Source: Rickettsiales bacterium
GTDB taxonomy: Bacteria; Pseudomonadota; Alphaproteobacteria; Rickettsiales; JABSSG01
Length of the DNA: 64,000 nt
Assembly: GCA_047404135.1 (NCBI GenBank)
Contig: JBDOIT010000002.1
Coordinates: 102,320 to 166,319 of the forward strand
Direction of reading: 5' to 3'
The translations under genes and the position numbers were made by a program. Below the pieces are notes generated by a model, which had not been told where the DNA came from, did not search any database, and was given only the letters and a program-made list of their open reading frames with translations. Positions 1 to 9,711 of the stretch are shown in pieces; the stretch's first letter is position 1; every line of letters starts with the position of its first letter.

Positions 1-250
1 GTCTTCCTTCTCTTTTAAAGAAACCACCCGGGATTTTCCCAGCAGCTGCTGTCATTTCTCTGTAAATTACCGTTAAAGGTAAAAAGCCAAGTCCTTCACG
101 TGGCTTTTTGCTTACTACTGCTGTACATAGCACTTCTGTATCACCAGAACGCACCAAAACAGCACCATCAGCTTGACGAGCCATTTTGCCTGTCTCTAAA
201 GAGATCTTCTGGCCACACCACTCGGTTTCTTTTTTTATTATTTTAAACAT
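1..250 (-). CDS. pnp: polyribonucleotide nucleotidyltransferase (PNPase), 5' fragment; gene runs off the left edge
   Basis: Hand translation of the minus strand from ATG (250-248) gives [46 protein letters not shown]...[13 protein letters not shown], the conserved PNPase N-terminus. It lies 3 nt downstream of rpsO, as in the canonical rpsO-pnp pair. It is absent from the ORF track because it is truncated. Confidence 0.85.
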   Translation of the reverse strand, partial: MFKIIKKETEWCGQKISLETGKMARQADGAVLVRSGDTEVLCTAVVSKKPREGLGFLPLTVIYREMTAAAGKIPGGFFKREGR

Positions 251-253
251 ATA

Positions 254-523
254 TTATTTCCTTAGGCCCAATGCCTTCACTAAATTACTGTAACGGCCTT
301 CAGAATTATTTTTCAAATAACTCAGAAGACTTCTTCTTCTATTAACCAAAACGATCAGCCCCCTACGAGAGTGAAAATCTTTCTTATGGGTTTTCATATG
401 ATCGGTTAAACTTAAAATACGCTCTGTAAGAACTGAAACTTGAACCTCAACAGAACCTGTATCATTTTTTGAATGTTGGAATTTTTTTACCAACTCTTGT
501 TTTTTTTCTTTAGTAATCGACAT
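254..523 (-). CDS. rpsO: 30S ribosomal protein S15
   Basis: 89 aa. Carries the [14 protein letters not shown]...HSRRGL..LV.RRR.LL.YL pattern typical of S15. Located between truB and pnp. Confidence 0.95.
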   Translation of the reverse strand: MSITKEKKQELVKKFQHSKNDTGSVEVQVSVLTERILSLTDHMKTHKKDFHSRRGLIVLVNRRRSLLSYLKNNSEGRYSNLVKALGLRK

Positions 524-1430
524 CGTAATACTCCTTATTAAAATTAAAAATTCTTACCGGGGCAAATTTTGAGTTTACCACTTTTCCAATTGCGAGCAGC
601 CTTCCTAAGTTTTTAGCTAAATAAACTTGAGAATCCTGATCTGAGAACCTTGCTGGATCAATTTCTATTTTAACTCCATTGAGCAGCTTCCGAGCCTCTT
701 CTTCGGAAAACAGGATAGCCGGGATGTCGTCCAGCACACTATCCACCGATAATAAAACATCATCGAGGTCGGTATTATGCACTATTTTTTCTAAAATTTC
801 TAGAGAAATTAAGTTTTTTTTCCCAAAAACACCTACTTTTGTCCTACGAAGATCAAAAATATACCCAATTCCTCCACAATTCTTAGCCAAATCATGACCT
901 AAAGACCTAATATAGGTTCCTTTTCCGCATTCTACCTTAAACTTTACTTGCTTCTTTTTTTGATCGTAATTGGTTATTTCTAATGATTCTATAAGTATAT
1001 CTCTCTCTTTTAACTCCACTTTTTCACCAGATCTTGCCATGTCATAGGCACGTCTTCCAGAAACTCTGATAGCTGAAAACGCTGGAGGTGTTTGCTTGAT
1101 TTTGCCTAAGAATTTTGGAACCTCTTCTAGAATTTTTTCTTTGGAAGGCATATAATCATTCTCTAGAATGGTCTCCCCCTCTTCATCATAACTATCTGTT
1201 TCTCTTCCAAATTGTATCCCGAACTCATATCCCTTCATGCAATCTTGAACAAACATCACGCTCTTTGTTGCCTCCCCAATGGCAACAGGCAATACACCCG
1301 TAGCCAATGGATCCAAGGTACCAGCATGACCAATCTTTTTCATTTTCAGCAAAGATCTTAGGATAGACACTACTTTCGCTGATGAAATACCTTTTGGCTT
1401 ATCTATACAAAGCCATCCATATTTTTCCAT
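510..1430 (-). CDS. truB: tRNA pseudouridine(55) synthase TruB
   Basis: 306 aa with [12 protein letters not shown]...[25 protein letters not shown] (TruB catalytic Asp motif). Synteny is rbfA-truB-rpsO. Confidence 0.93.
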   Translation of the reverse strand: MEKYGWLCIDKPKGISSAKVVSILRSLLKMKKIGHAGTLDPLATGVLPVAIGEATKSVMFVQDCMKGYEFGIQFGRETDSYDEEGETILENDYMPSKEKILEEVPKFLGKIKQTPPAFSAIRVSGRRAYDMARSGEKVELKERDILIESLEITNYDQKKKQVKFKVECGKGTYIRSLGHDLAKNCGGIGYIFDLRRTKVGVFGKKNLISLEILEKIVHNTDLDDVLLSVDSVLDDIPAILFSEEEARKLLNGVKIEIDPARFSDQDSQVYLAKNLGRLLAIGKVVNSKFAPVRIFNFNKEYYDVDY

Positions 1431-1438
1431 GAAGATTT

Positions 1439-1795
1439 TTAGTCTTTTAGTGCGTTATTGATATTTGATGCATTCTCAAAAGAATCATCAAGAATGAACT
1501 TTAGCTCTGGCATATATCTAAGAGTAATTTTTTTAACTAACATCCCTTTTAGACGCGGGGTTAGCTCTACCATGTTTCTTAAAAAATTATCTTTGTCTAT
1601 AGATTCATTAAATAGGAAGAATATGTAAATATTAGCAAGCCTTAGATCAGGGGTCATACGCACTTCAGATATAATCACTGAAATACCCTCTATAGATGGC
1701 TCATGTATTTGATTGCTAAAAATTTCACTAAGAGCTCTCTTAATAGTTTCTCCAACTTTTAGCTGTCTGTTAGAAGGCATCCTGATATCATTCAT
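1439..1795 (-). CDS. rbfA: ribosome-binding factor A
   Basis: 118 aa with a RbfA-like N-terminus (R..KVGE.IKR.LSEI). Sits in the canonical position between infB and truB. Confidence 0.88.
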   Translation of the reverse strand: MNDIRMPSNRQLKVGETIKRALSEIFSNQIHEPSIEGISVIISEVRMTPDLRLANIYIFFLFNESIDKDNFLRNMVELTPRLKGMLVKKITLRYMPELKFILDDSFENASNINNALKD

Positions 1796-1803
1796 ATACT
1801 TCC

Positions 1804-4110
1804 CTACAACTTCTGCTTCTCTTCTATTATTTCATATACTTCAAGAACATCTCCTTCTTTTATGTCTTCATACCTCTCAAATGCGATACCACATTCATAT
1901 CCATTTGCTACTTCTTTAACATCCTCTTTGAAACGCTTTAGTGTCTTCAGCTGCCCATCATGTATAACCACATTGTCTCTCAACAAGCGTACTTTAGCGC
2001 CCCTCTTAATCACACCTTTAGTTACAAACGAACCACCAATCTTACCAGCTTTTGTAATGTTAAATACTTGTCTAATTTCTGCAGACCCAAGATACTCTTC
2101 TCTCTCTATAGGACTCAACATACCAGATGCAATCATTTTAATATCGTCCATTAGCTCGTAGATAATGGAATAATATCTCATATCCACTTTCTCTTTATCT
2201 GATAACATCTTGGCATTAGAATTCGCACGAACATTAAAACCAATCACAAGAGCATTAGAAGCCTTGGCAAGAGCTATATCAGATTCACTGATTCCACCAA
2301 CTCCTTTATGCAAGAACTTGATCTTAATTTCTGCATTGTCTATTTTATCTACAGAACCCATAATTGCCTCTATAGAACCATGTACATCTGCCTTCAACAA
2401 GATTGGTAATGTTTTAACTCTATTATCAGAGGAAGCCAATGAAAACATTTCTTCAAGAGAAGAATTTGATTGCATAACATTCTCTTTTTCTTTGAGCTTT
2501 CGCTCTCTATATTTGCATATATCACGAGCTTGCCTCTCTTCATCCACCACATGAATCGGATCACCAGCAGCAGGAGAAGTATCAAGACCTGTAATCTCAG
2601 CAGGAACCCCTGGAGTTACTTCTTTCTGAGGCATAGCTTTGTCATTTATGATTGTTTTCACTTTACCAAATGCACAACCAGCAACAACTATATCTCCTTT
2701 TTTCAAAGATCCTTTTTGCACAAGAACAGTAGCAGAAACACCACGAGATTTTTCTACCCTAGACTCAATAACAACACCTCTAGCTTTCCCTGTATCTACA
2801 GCTTTTATCTCTAGCATTTCTGCTTGAAGCAAAATGGTTTCTTTCAGCTTGTCCAGATTGCGTTTCTCGGTTGCAGATACTTCAACAGTCATGATATCAC
2901 CACCCATTGATTCTGGTATTAAATCATGCTGCAATAATTCAGCAACGGCTCTATCTGGGTCTGCGCCTTCTTTATCTATTTTATTTACCGCAACGATAAT
3001 AGGAACTTCAGCAGCCTTAGCATGGTTAATAGCCTCTACTGTCTGAGCTTTAACTCCATCATCAGCAGCAATAACAAGAACAACAATATCTGTAACTTTT
3101 GCTCCCCTGGATCTCATACCTGTGAATGCTTCGTGACCCGGGGTATCAATAAAGGTAATACTCTGTTCTTTATTTACTTTTACTTGGTAAGCACCAATAT
3201 GCTGCGTAATTCCACCCGCTTCTCCTTTAGTAACATCAGTATCTCTTAATGCATCTAGCAATGATGTTTTACCATGATCCACATGACCCATGATTGTAAC
3301 AACAGGGGGCCTAGTAATCGCTTTGCTGTCATCATGCGCATCATCCTCAAGCAATATACTTTCTACATCTGCATCTGTAACACGCTTCAGAGTGTGACCT
3401 AATTCGTTAATTATTAGCTCTGCAGTATCAGCATCAATTGTTTGGTTTGTTTTTACAATCATACCAAGCTTCATGCACTCCTTGATTACGTCAGTGCTCT
3501 TCTCTGCCATACGCACTGCAAGCTCTGCAACAGTAATAAATTCAGGCAGAACAACTTCTCTTACCTGCTTCTCTTTTGGCTCATTATTTTCTTTTAATCT
3601 GCGCATTTTATCACGAGCACGTTTTATCGAAGCAAAACTACGCTCCTTCCCACCTACTCGGTCAATATTCTGTACAGCAATTTTGTTTGAACCACCCTTC
3701 ATACCAAATTCGTATTTTGATCTAAGCAAAGGCTTTTTAACGCTCAATTTCTTGAATTCTTCTTTTTCTGGTTCTTTATCCTGCTTTTTATAAGTAAATC
3801 TATTATTTGGAGCATCCTTAGGAGAGTCCTCTTTCGCAGGAGGCTTTGGAGAAACTTCTTCTACAGTCTCTTTAGGAACAACCTTTTCCTCTTCAGGAAT
3901 TGTAATTTCTTCAACTTTTTCTGGTTCTACATATTTCTCTTCTTTAGGAGAAACAAAGGTTTTAGGCACAAAAGTCCTTGTACGCCTCCTTTTTACCTCT
4001 ACCGAAACTGATTTGCTGCCCTGGGCACTAGGATCAAATTTAGTAGTACGATTTAAAGATAGAACCGTATAGTTTTTTTGTTTAGAGCTTTCGTTATTCT
4101 TATCTGACAT
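1804..4110 (-). CDS. infB: translation initiation factor IF-2
   Basis: 768 aa with GTPase motifs GHVDHGKTSLLD, DTPGHEAF and NKID. The N-terminal region is K/E-rich. Lies downstream of nusA. Confidence 0.97.
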   Translation of the reverse strand: MSDKNNESSKQKNYTVLSLNRTTKFDPSAQGSKSVSVEVKRRRTRTFVPKTFVSPKEEKYVEPEKVEEITIPEEEKVVPKETVEEVSPKPPAKEDSPKDAPNNRFTYKKQDKEPEKEEFKKLSVKKPLLRSKYEFGMKGGSNKIAVQNIDRVGGKERSFASIKRARDKMRRLKENNEPKEKQVREVVLPEFITVAELAVRMAEKSTDVIKECMKLGMIVKTNQTIDADTAELIINELGHTLKRVTDADVESILLEDDAHDDSKAITRPPVVTIMGHVDHGKTSLLDALRDTDVTKGEAGGITQHIGAYQVKVNKEQSITFIDTPGHEAFTGMRSRGAKVTDIVVLVIAADDGVKAQTVEAINHAKAAEVPIIVAVNKIDKEGADPDRAVAELLQHDLIPESMGGDIMTVEVSATEKRNLDKLKETILLQAEMLEIKAVDTGKARGVVIESRVEKSRGVSATVLVQKGSLKKGDIVVAGCAFGKVKTIINDKAMPQKEVTPGVPAEITGLDTSPAAGDPIHVVDEERQARDICKYRERKLKEKENVMQSNSSLEEMFSLASSDNRVKTLPILLKADVHGSIEAIMGSVDKIDNAEIKIKFLHKGVGGISESDIALAKASNALVIGFNVRANSNAKMLSDKEKVDMRYYSIIYELMDDIKMIASGMLSPIEREEYLGSAEIRQVFNITKAGKIGGSFVTKGVIKRGAKVRLLRDNVVIHDGQLKTLKRFKEDVKEVANGYECGIAFERYEDIKEGDVLEVYEIIEEKQKL

Positions 4111-4129
4111 AACTACTTTAAAAATAAAA

Positions 4130-5647
4130 TTACTTTTCTGATTTGTTCTGTTCTAGTTTAAGCCTTGCTTGCTCTATCGCAGAAGAAATATGCTGATCTT
4201 CCATGTTACTATTTGGAAGGATGGATTTAAATTCTTCAATAGTCATCTCAGATAAATCCTCAAATTCCTTGATACCAGAATGAGCCAAAGTTAACATATG
4301 CTCTGGAGGTAATCCACCAAATAATTCCATAATCTCTTTATCCACACCTAGCTTGTTAAGATCTTTCACAATTTCTTTGTTTTTTGATTCAACAATTTCC
4401 TGAGCACGAGATATAAGTTCCTTGGCTATAGCTTCATCTAAACCTTCTATTGAAGACAGCTCTTCTACAGAAACATATGCTATATCATCAATATTTGCAA
4501 AACCTTCGGCAGAAAGTAGCTGAGCTAATACTTCTTCTACCCCCAACTCTTCGCAGAATAATTCAGTAGTAGAATTAAACTCTTCAGCTCTACGTTTTGA
4601 TTCTTCCTCTTCAACCAAAATATCTATATTCCATCCAACAAGCTTAGAAGCAAGGCGCACATTCTGACCTCTTCTACCAATTGCCATACTTAAATGCTCG
4701 TTTTGTACAACTACTTCGATTTTCTTTTTATCTTCGTCAATAATAACTTTTGCCACTTCTGCGGGGGCAAGGGAACTAATCACGAATTGCGCAGGATCTG
4801 CAGACCACTTAATGATGTCAATTTTCTCGCCATGGATCTCGCTAATAATAGATTGTATCCTAGAGCCTCGTACACCGACACACGAACCAACAGGATCTAT
4901 ACTAGTTTCTGCTGTGTATACAGCTACTTTAGATTTAGAACCAGGCTCTCTAGATACATTCTTAATCTCAATAATTTTGTCGTATACTTCAGGAACTTCT
5001 TGCTCAAATAATGCTCTCACAAAGCCAGGGTGAGTTCTAGAGAGAACTATCTGATGACCTTTATTATCTCTACGCACCTCTTCGATATATGACTTTACTC
5101 TGTCATTCATCTTAAATATCTCTCCAGGAATTAAATTCTCTCTTCTAAGTACAGCTTCACCTCTACCTAGATCTATAACAACATTCCCGAATTCAACCCT
5201 TTTAACAACGCCGTTGATTACTTCTCCAACACGGTCCTTAAACTCTTCGTGTTGTTTTTCTCTTTCCGCTTCTCTAACTTTCTGAATAATCACTTGTTTT
5301 GCAGACTGCGCAAATACCCTAGCTAAGTCCAATGGAGGGAGGGGCTCTAGTATTACATCACCGATCTGAACATCGTCTTTATTTTTTAAAGCATCCTCTA
5401 AAGAGATTTCTGCATGAGAGTTTTCTACTTCTTCAACAACATGTATCTCTCTGTTAATTGATATATCACCTGTATTGTGATTTATCTTTGCAGATATTAT
5501 ATTTTCATGCCCATATTTTTTTTTACTAGCACTTTGTATTGCCTGCTCTAAAGCCTCAATAATTAAATTACGCGACACACCTTTTTCTCTAGCTACAGTA
5601 TCTGCTATTTGTATAAGTTCACTATTAAACCCTACAGAGTTAACCAT
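4130..5647 (-). CDS. nusA: transcription termination/antitermination factor NusA
   Basis: 505 aa with S1/KH architecture (VKRVEFGNVVIDLG..., GSRIQSI, AIGRRGQNVRLAS) and a C-terminal acidic repeat domain. Confidence 0.96.
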   Translation of the reverse strand: MVNSVGFNSELIQIADTVAREKGVSRNLIIEALEQAIQSASKKKYGHENIISAKINHNTGDISINREIHVVEEVENSHAEISLEDALKNKDDVQIGDVILEPLPPLDLARVFAQSAKQVIIQKVREAEREKQHEEFKDRVGEVINGVVKRVEFGNVVIDLGRGEAVLRRENLIPGEIFKMNDRVKSYIEEVRRDNKGHQIVLSRTHPGFVRALFEQEVPEVYDKIIEIKNVSREPGSKSKVAVYTAETSIDPVGSCVGVRGSRIQSIISEIHGEKIDIIKWSADPAQFVISSLAPAEVAKVIIDEDKKKIEVVVQNEHLSMAIGRRGQNVRLASKLVGWNIDILVEEEESKRRAEEFNSTTELFCEELGVEEVLAQLLSAEGFANIDDIAYVSVEELSSIEGLDEAIAKELISRAQEIVESKNKEIVKDLNKLGVDKEIMELFGGLPPEHMLTLAHSGIKEFEDLSEMTIEEFKSILPNSNMEDQHISSAIEQARLKLEQNKSEK

Positions 5648-5671
5648 TTTGACCTCTTTTGTTAAAAATAT

Positions 5672-6115
5672 CTAAATTAAATGAGCGGAATCTATAGTGT
5701 CAAAATCCACTTCTAAATTGTTATTATCTTCTAATAACATAGTTATGTTATTACCTTCCGTTTCTACTATCGTACCTTTGAAGTTCCTACTACCTTCATG
5801 CAGGTCTTTTAATTTTAATTGTATCTTTCTATTCTCAAATCTTGTGAAATCCTTCAACCTAGTAAGTGGTCTATTAATTCCGGGAGAACTAACCTCAAGA
5901 TTGTAGTGCTCTGAGATAAAATCTTCCACATCCATAATCGCAGAAATCACTCTACTTGCTTTAGAGCAATCTTCTACCGTTACACCGCCAGATTTTGTAT
6001 CTATCATAATCTGCAATGTTCTATCTTCAGATCGAAAATATTTTATCCTAACTATCTCATACCCCAAGTCATCCAAGGAACCAGATATTGCATCTTCTAT
6101 TTTTTCTTCAATCAT
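5672..6115 (-). CDS. rimP: ribosome maturation factor RimP
   Basis: The ORF-track frame 5672..6205 is trimmed to the internal Met (MIEEKIEDAISGSLDDLGYEIVRIKYF...), which matches the usual RimP N-terminus. The LEVSSPGINRPL motif is present. Lies upstream of nusA. Confidence 0.85.
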   Translation of the reverse strand: MIEEKIEDAISGSLDDLGYEIVRIKYFRSEDRTLQIMIDTKSGGVTVEDCSKASRVISAIMDVEDFISEHYNLEVSSPGINRPLTRLKDFTRFENRKIQLKLKDLHEGSRNFKGTIVETEGNNITMLLEDNNNLEVDFDTIDSAHLI

Positions 6116-6238
6116 TCTAAAAATTCTATTAAAAAAGGCGGGACAAAACCCACCTTCAAAACCTCTAACTGGCTGCAGTATACTATAATACAACCTATTA
6201 TTCAAGCAGATAATCTCTTATTTCTTGAGCTCTCAACA

Positions 6239-6946
6239 TCATAAGTAGATTTCCTGGAAAGAATCAGAGTCGATTAATATACCAGTAACAGAATCATCGT
6301 ATATTTTCTCATGAGTAAATATATCCTCATGCAAATCATAAGCTCTAGCATCATTCCTCTCTAACGATTCCAACATCTCCTTAATAGACTCCTCTATTTC
6401 TTTCATTTCTTTCGTGGAGTTTACACCTCCTTTGCAATCAATAATAAACATGTCATTCTCTGCATCTATAGCAACAAACGAAGTATAGATACTTGAAGAT
6501 TCTGAATACATATTCGCATTATTTCCCTTAGGAGCAGAGCTGTGTTTTTCTTCAGTAGAGTCTTCTGCCTCACAATCACCTGCTGCACTACCACCTTCGC
6601 TTGAAGATGCAATTTCTGTAGTCGAGTTTTCTTCACTTGGGCCGATTGACTCAATACCAGAATTACCTACTGATTGACTCATGGCCCTTATACCACCTAC
6701 CTCTGGTCCATATACCATTACAGATTGAATGTCCTCACTTCTATATGTATCTTCCCCACGCACAACACCTTCTGTCATCCGCACTACTGTTACTTCTTTA
6801 TTAGGATAAGCAGCTATAGCACTTTCTAAATCTTTGAGGGGCACTTCAATACAAAGTAACTTCTCCTCCGCACCATACCTAACAACCTTTCTACACCCGA
6901 CATGATGTTCAGACATACTCCTAGACGATGCTTTACTTTTATCCAT
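6239..6946 (-). CDS. hypothetical protein (orphan; acidic Ser/Glu/Gly-rich centre)
   Basis: A 235-aa uninterrupted ORF with no motif I recognise. It is wedged between rpsA and the rimP-nusA-infB operon. Confidence 0.55.
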   Translation of the reverse strand: MDKSKASSRSMSEHHVGCRKVVRYGAEEKLLCIEVPLKDLESAIAAYPNKEVTVVRMTEGVVRGEDTYRSEDIQSVMVYGPEVGGIRAMSQSVGNSGIESIGPSEENSTTEIASSSEGGSAAGDCEAEDSTEEKHSSAPKGNNANMYSESSSIYTSFVAIDAENDMFIIDCKGGVNSTKEMKEIEESIKEMLESLERNDARAYDLHEDIFTHEKIYDDSVTGILIDSDSFQEIYL

Positions 6947-7197
6947 TACTCCTTCTCAATCTTAAATTTATATATAAGTGCATTATGTATGTTGTGTGAC
7001 AACAATCCAGAATAGATTAAAAATGCAGTTAAATTATAATATTGAGGCAAGTGTATTGTTACAAAAAAACATCAAGCATTACAAATGCTATGCATCTAAG
7101 CTATTACGAACCTCCACAGCATCTCAAGCAGAAAAAATATCTCGCCAACACACTCAGATAGTTTTCAGAAAAACACTAGGTGCCAACACTAGAGCAT

Positions 7198-7234
7198 AAA
7201 AAAAGCACGCGCAAGATGCAATCCCACGCGCGCT
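7198..7234 (-). terminator. putative Rho-independent terminator downstream of rpsA
   Basis: The minus strand reads AGCGCGCG-tgggattgcatctt-GCGCGTGCT followed by T7. This is a GC-rich 8-9 bp stem with one G.U pair. It lies 25 nt after the rpsA stop. Confidence 0.6.
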
Positions 7235-7258
7235 TAAATCCCTAGACCAAAGCTCTTT

Positions 7259-8983
7259 TTATTTCTTATCTTTCACTTCACTCATAGCATCACCAAGAAT
7301 ATCACCTAGGCTAGCTCCGCTACTTGCTGAACCATACTCTGCAACCTTCTTCCTCTGCTCATCTACTTCCAGAGCTTTGATAGATAGAACAACTTGTCTA
7401 TTCACTTTGTCCAACTTTACTACTTTAGTATCAACTCTATCACCCACAGCAAATCTTTCTGATCTTTGCTCTACTTTATCGCTAGATAGATCCGCTCTCT
7501 TTATGAAAGATGTAAGGCCTGAAGCAATCTCTACAGAAATACCGTCTGTTTCAATTGATTTAATGACACATGTTATAACCGCTCCTTTTTTCAGATCTTG
7601 GAATGACTCCTCAAAAGGATCTTTTTCTAATTGCTTAATACCAGCGTTCACGCGCTCTTTCTCAGTATCGATAGAAAGAACAACGACATTAATCTCATCA
7701 CCTTTCTTGTAACCTTTCAATAATTCTTCAGGCTTACCAACCCAAGATAGGTCATTTGCATGTACTAATGCGCTGATATTTTCGTCAAAGTTAATGAAAA
7801 TACCGAAATCCACAACCTTCTCCACAGTACCCTTTATTGTTGTACCAACAGAGTATTTATCTTCTAATGATTTCCAGATATTTTCTGTACATTGCTTAAT
7901 GCCAAGACTGATCCTGTGTTTTTCAACGTCAATATCAAGAACCATGAATTCAATTTCCTGATCAAGCTCTACAAATTTTCTTGGAGATACATTTTGTCTC
8001 GTCCAACTAATTTCTGATACGTGAACAAGACCTTCAATTCCTGGCTCAAGCTCAACAAAGATACCATAATCAGTAATATTTGTTACTTTACCCTTCATTT
8101 TGGTACCAGATGGGTATCTGGCATCTAGGCCCTCCCAAGGGTTTTTATCAAGCTGCTTCATACCTAAAGAAATTCTTCCAGCATCTGAATCATATTTTAT
8201 AATTTGAACCTTAACTTGCTGACCAACCGACAGTACCTCTGACGGGTGGTTGATTCTGGTCCATGAGATGTCAGTTACGTGAAGCAATCCATCTAGACTT
8301 CCAAGATCCAAGAATGCACCATAGTCTGTAATATTCTTCACAGTACCTTCCAGTACTTGGCCTACGCTAATCTTAGAAAGCATCTCTTCTTTTGCTTCTG
8401 CACGAGACTCTTCAATAATTGCTCTACGGGAAACAACAACGTTACCTTGCTCCCTATCCATCTTTAATACGATGAAAGGTTGAACTAATCCTAAAAGGGG
8501 GGATATATCTTTGATAGGCTTCACATCTACCTGGCTACCTGGTAGGAATGCAATTACACCGCTCAAATCAACAGTTAGACCACCTTTAATTCTACCGAAG
8601 ATCACACCTTCAACTTGCTCGCCTTTTTTCATGGAAACCTCAAGCTTCTTCCATGAACTTTCTCTTACAGCCTTTTCTCTACTTAGAACAACGCGGCCGT
8701 ATCTATTTTCGTACGATTGTATATATACCTCAACAACATCACCAACTGTCAACTCAGCAATCTTACCATTTTGCACAAATTCTTTTAAAGGAATTCTACC
8801 TTCATCCTTGATACCAATATCAACGGTAACAACGTCGTTTGAAATATCTGTGATTGTCCCTGAAACTACAGAACCCTCAACCTTTTCGTTTGTTTTGCTA
8901 AAATCACCAAAAAGTTCTGCAAAGTCTTCTCCAGTGCTAAAATCAGCGCCTTCAAGTTTGTTGTTGAATATTTTTCCGCCCAT
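7259..8983 (-). CDS. rpsA: 30S ribosomal protein S1
   Basis: 574 aa containing six S1 repeats (G.V..I.D.GAFLDLG...GLLHVS motifs). Confidence 0.96.
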   Translation of the reverse strand: MGGKIFNNKLEGADFSTGEDFAELFGDFSKTNEKVEGSVVSGTITDISNDVVTVDIGIKDEGRIPLKEFVQNGKIAELTVGDVVEVYIQSYENRYGRVVLSREKAVRESSWKKLEVSMKKGEQVEGVIFGRIKGGLTVDLSGVIAFLPGSQVDVKPIKDISPLLGLVQPFIVLKMDREQGNVVVSRRAIIEESRAEAKEEMLSKISVGQVLEGTVKNITDYGAFLDLGSLDGLLHVTDISWTRINHPSEVLSVGQQVKVQIIKYDSDAGRISLGMKQLDKNPWEGLDARYPSGTKMKGKVTNITDYGIFVELEPGIEGLVHVSEISWTRQNVSPRKFVELDQEIEFMVLDIDVEKHRISLGIKQCTENIWKSLEDKYSVGTTIKGTVEKVVDFGIFINFDENISALVHANDLSWVGKPEELLKGYKKGDEINVVVLSIDTEKERVNAGIKQLEKDPFEESFQDLKKGAVITCVIKSIETDGISVEIASGLTSFIKRADLSSDKVEQRSERFAVGDRVDTKVVKLDKVNRQVVLSIKALEVDEQRKKVAEYGSASSGASLGDILGDAMSEVKDKK

Positions 8984-9062
8984 ATTATCGCCTTTATACC
9001 TGTGTTTTGTAGTACCCGAAGGTACGGTTGTTAAAAAAAGTACCTGAAAGTTATATCTTTTA

Positions 9063-9707
9063 TTAACGGTTTGTCAATTTTTTTTCTACAAGACCTATAG
9101 TTTGCATAACCATTTGATCTATATTTAATGCATCTGTATTTAGCAAATAAGCCCCTTCCGGACGTCTTAGTGGAGAACATTCTCTCTCTGAATCTCTTTT
9201 GTCACGCTCTTTCAAATCTCTATATACATCCTCAAAGCTAGGCTTTGCTCCACTTTTCACTAATTCTTTATACCTCCTTTCTGCTCTGATTTTTGGGTCT
9301 GCAGTAAGGTATATTTTAACATCCGCCTCTGGACATATCTTAGTGCCTATATCCCTACCCTCAACAATAGAAAATTCCCTTTGTGCAATCCAATTTCTTT
9401 GGAATTCATTGAGTAATTTACGAAGTTCTAATTTTTTAGCAATAACAGAAGACATTTTGGAGATTTCATCAGGCTTCAACTGATCATCATGTATATTTTT
9501 CCCCAGGCATTCTCCAGCAATTTCGAGCAGCTTTGAATTCGAGATATCGCTTCCTTCTCCGTGTTCCAAGCAAGCTCTAGCAACACCTCTATATAAATTT
9601 CCAGTTGGAAGGTATTCGCATTTGAAATGATCGGCTAACATCTTAGAAAGAGTGCCCTTTCCTGCTCCTGAAACCCCATCTATTGAAACCGTAAATCTTT
9701 TACTCAC
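9063..9707 (-). CDS. cmk: cytidylate kinase
   Basis: 214 aa with P-loop IDGVSGAGKGTLSK. The cmk-rpsA adjacency is widely conserved. Confidence 0.9.
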   Translation of the reverse strand: MSKRFTVSIDGVSGAGKGTLSKMLADHFKCEYLPTGNLYRGVARACLEHGEGSDISNSKLLEIAGECLGKNIHDDQLKPDEISKMSSVIAKKLELRKLLNEFQRNWIAQREFSIVEGRDIGTKICPEADVKIYLTADPKIRAERRYKELVKSGAKPSFEDVYRDLKERDKRDSERECSPLRRPEGAYLLNTDALNIDQMVMQTIGLVEKKLTNR

Positions 9708-9711
9708 TATC

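Noticed and set aside
6466-6654. The short EEKHS motif shared by the two orphan proteins (6239-6946 and 27180-27860), considered as evidence of paralogy.
   Set aside because: A five-residue match in acidic low-complexity context is too short to be meaningful, and the rest of the proteins do not align by eye.
6978-7199. A 73-aa GTG-initiated ORF between the orphan gene and rpsA.
   Set aside because: It runs into the rpsA terminator hairpin and has no motif and no ribosome-binding site. It is most likely non-coding intergenic sequence.
8511-9047. A 178-aa plus-strand ORF antisense to rpsA.
   Set aside because: It lies entirely inside the strongly supported S1 gene. Its Ser/Thr/Pro/Leu-rich translation is typical of the antisense frame of an A/G-rich coding strand, and it has no motif.
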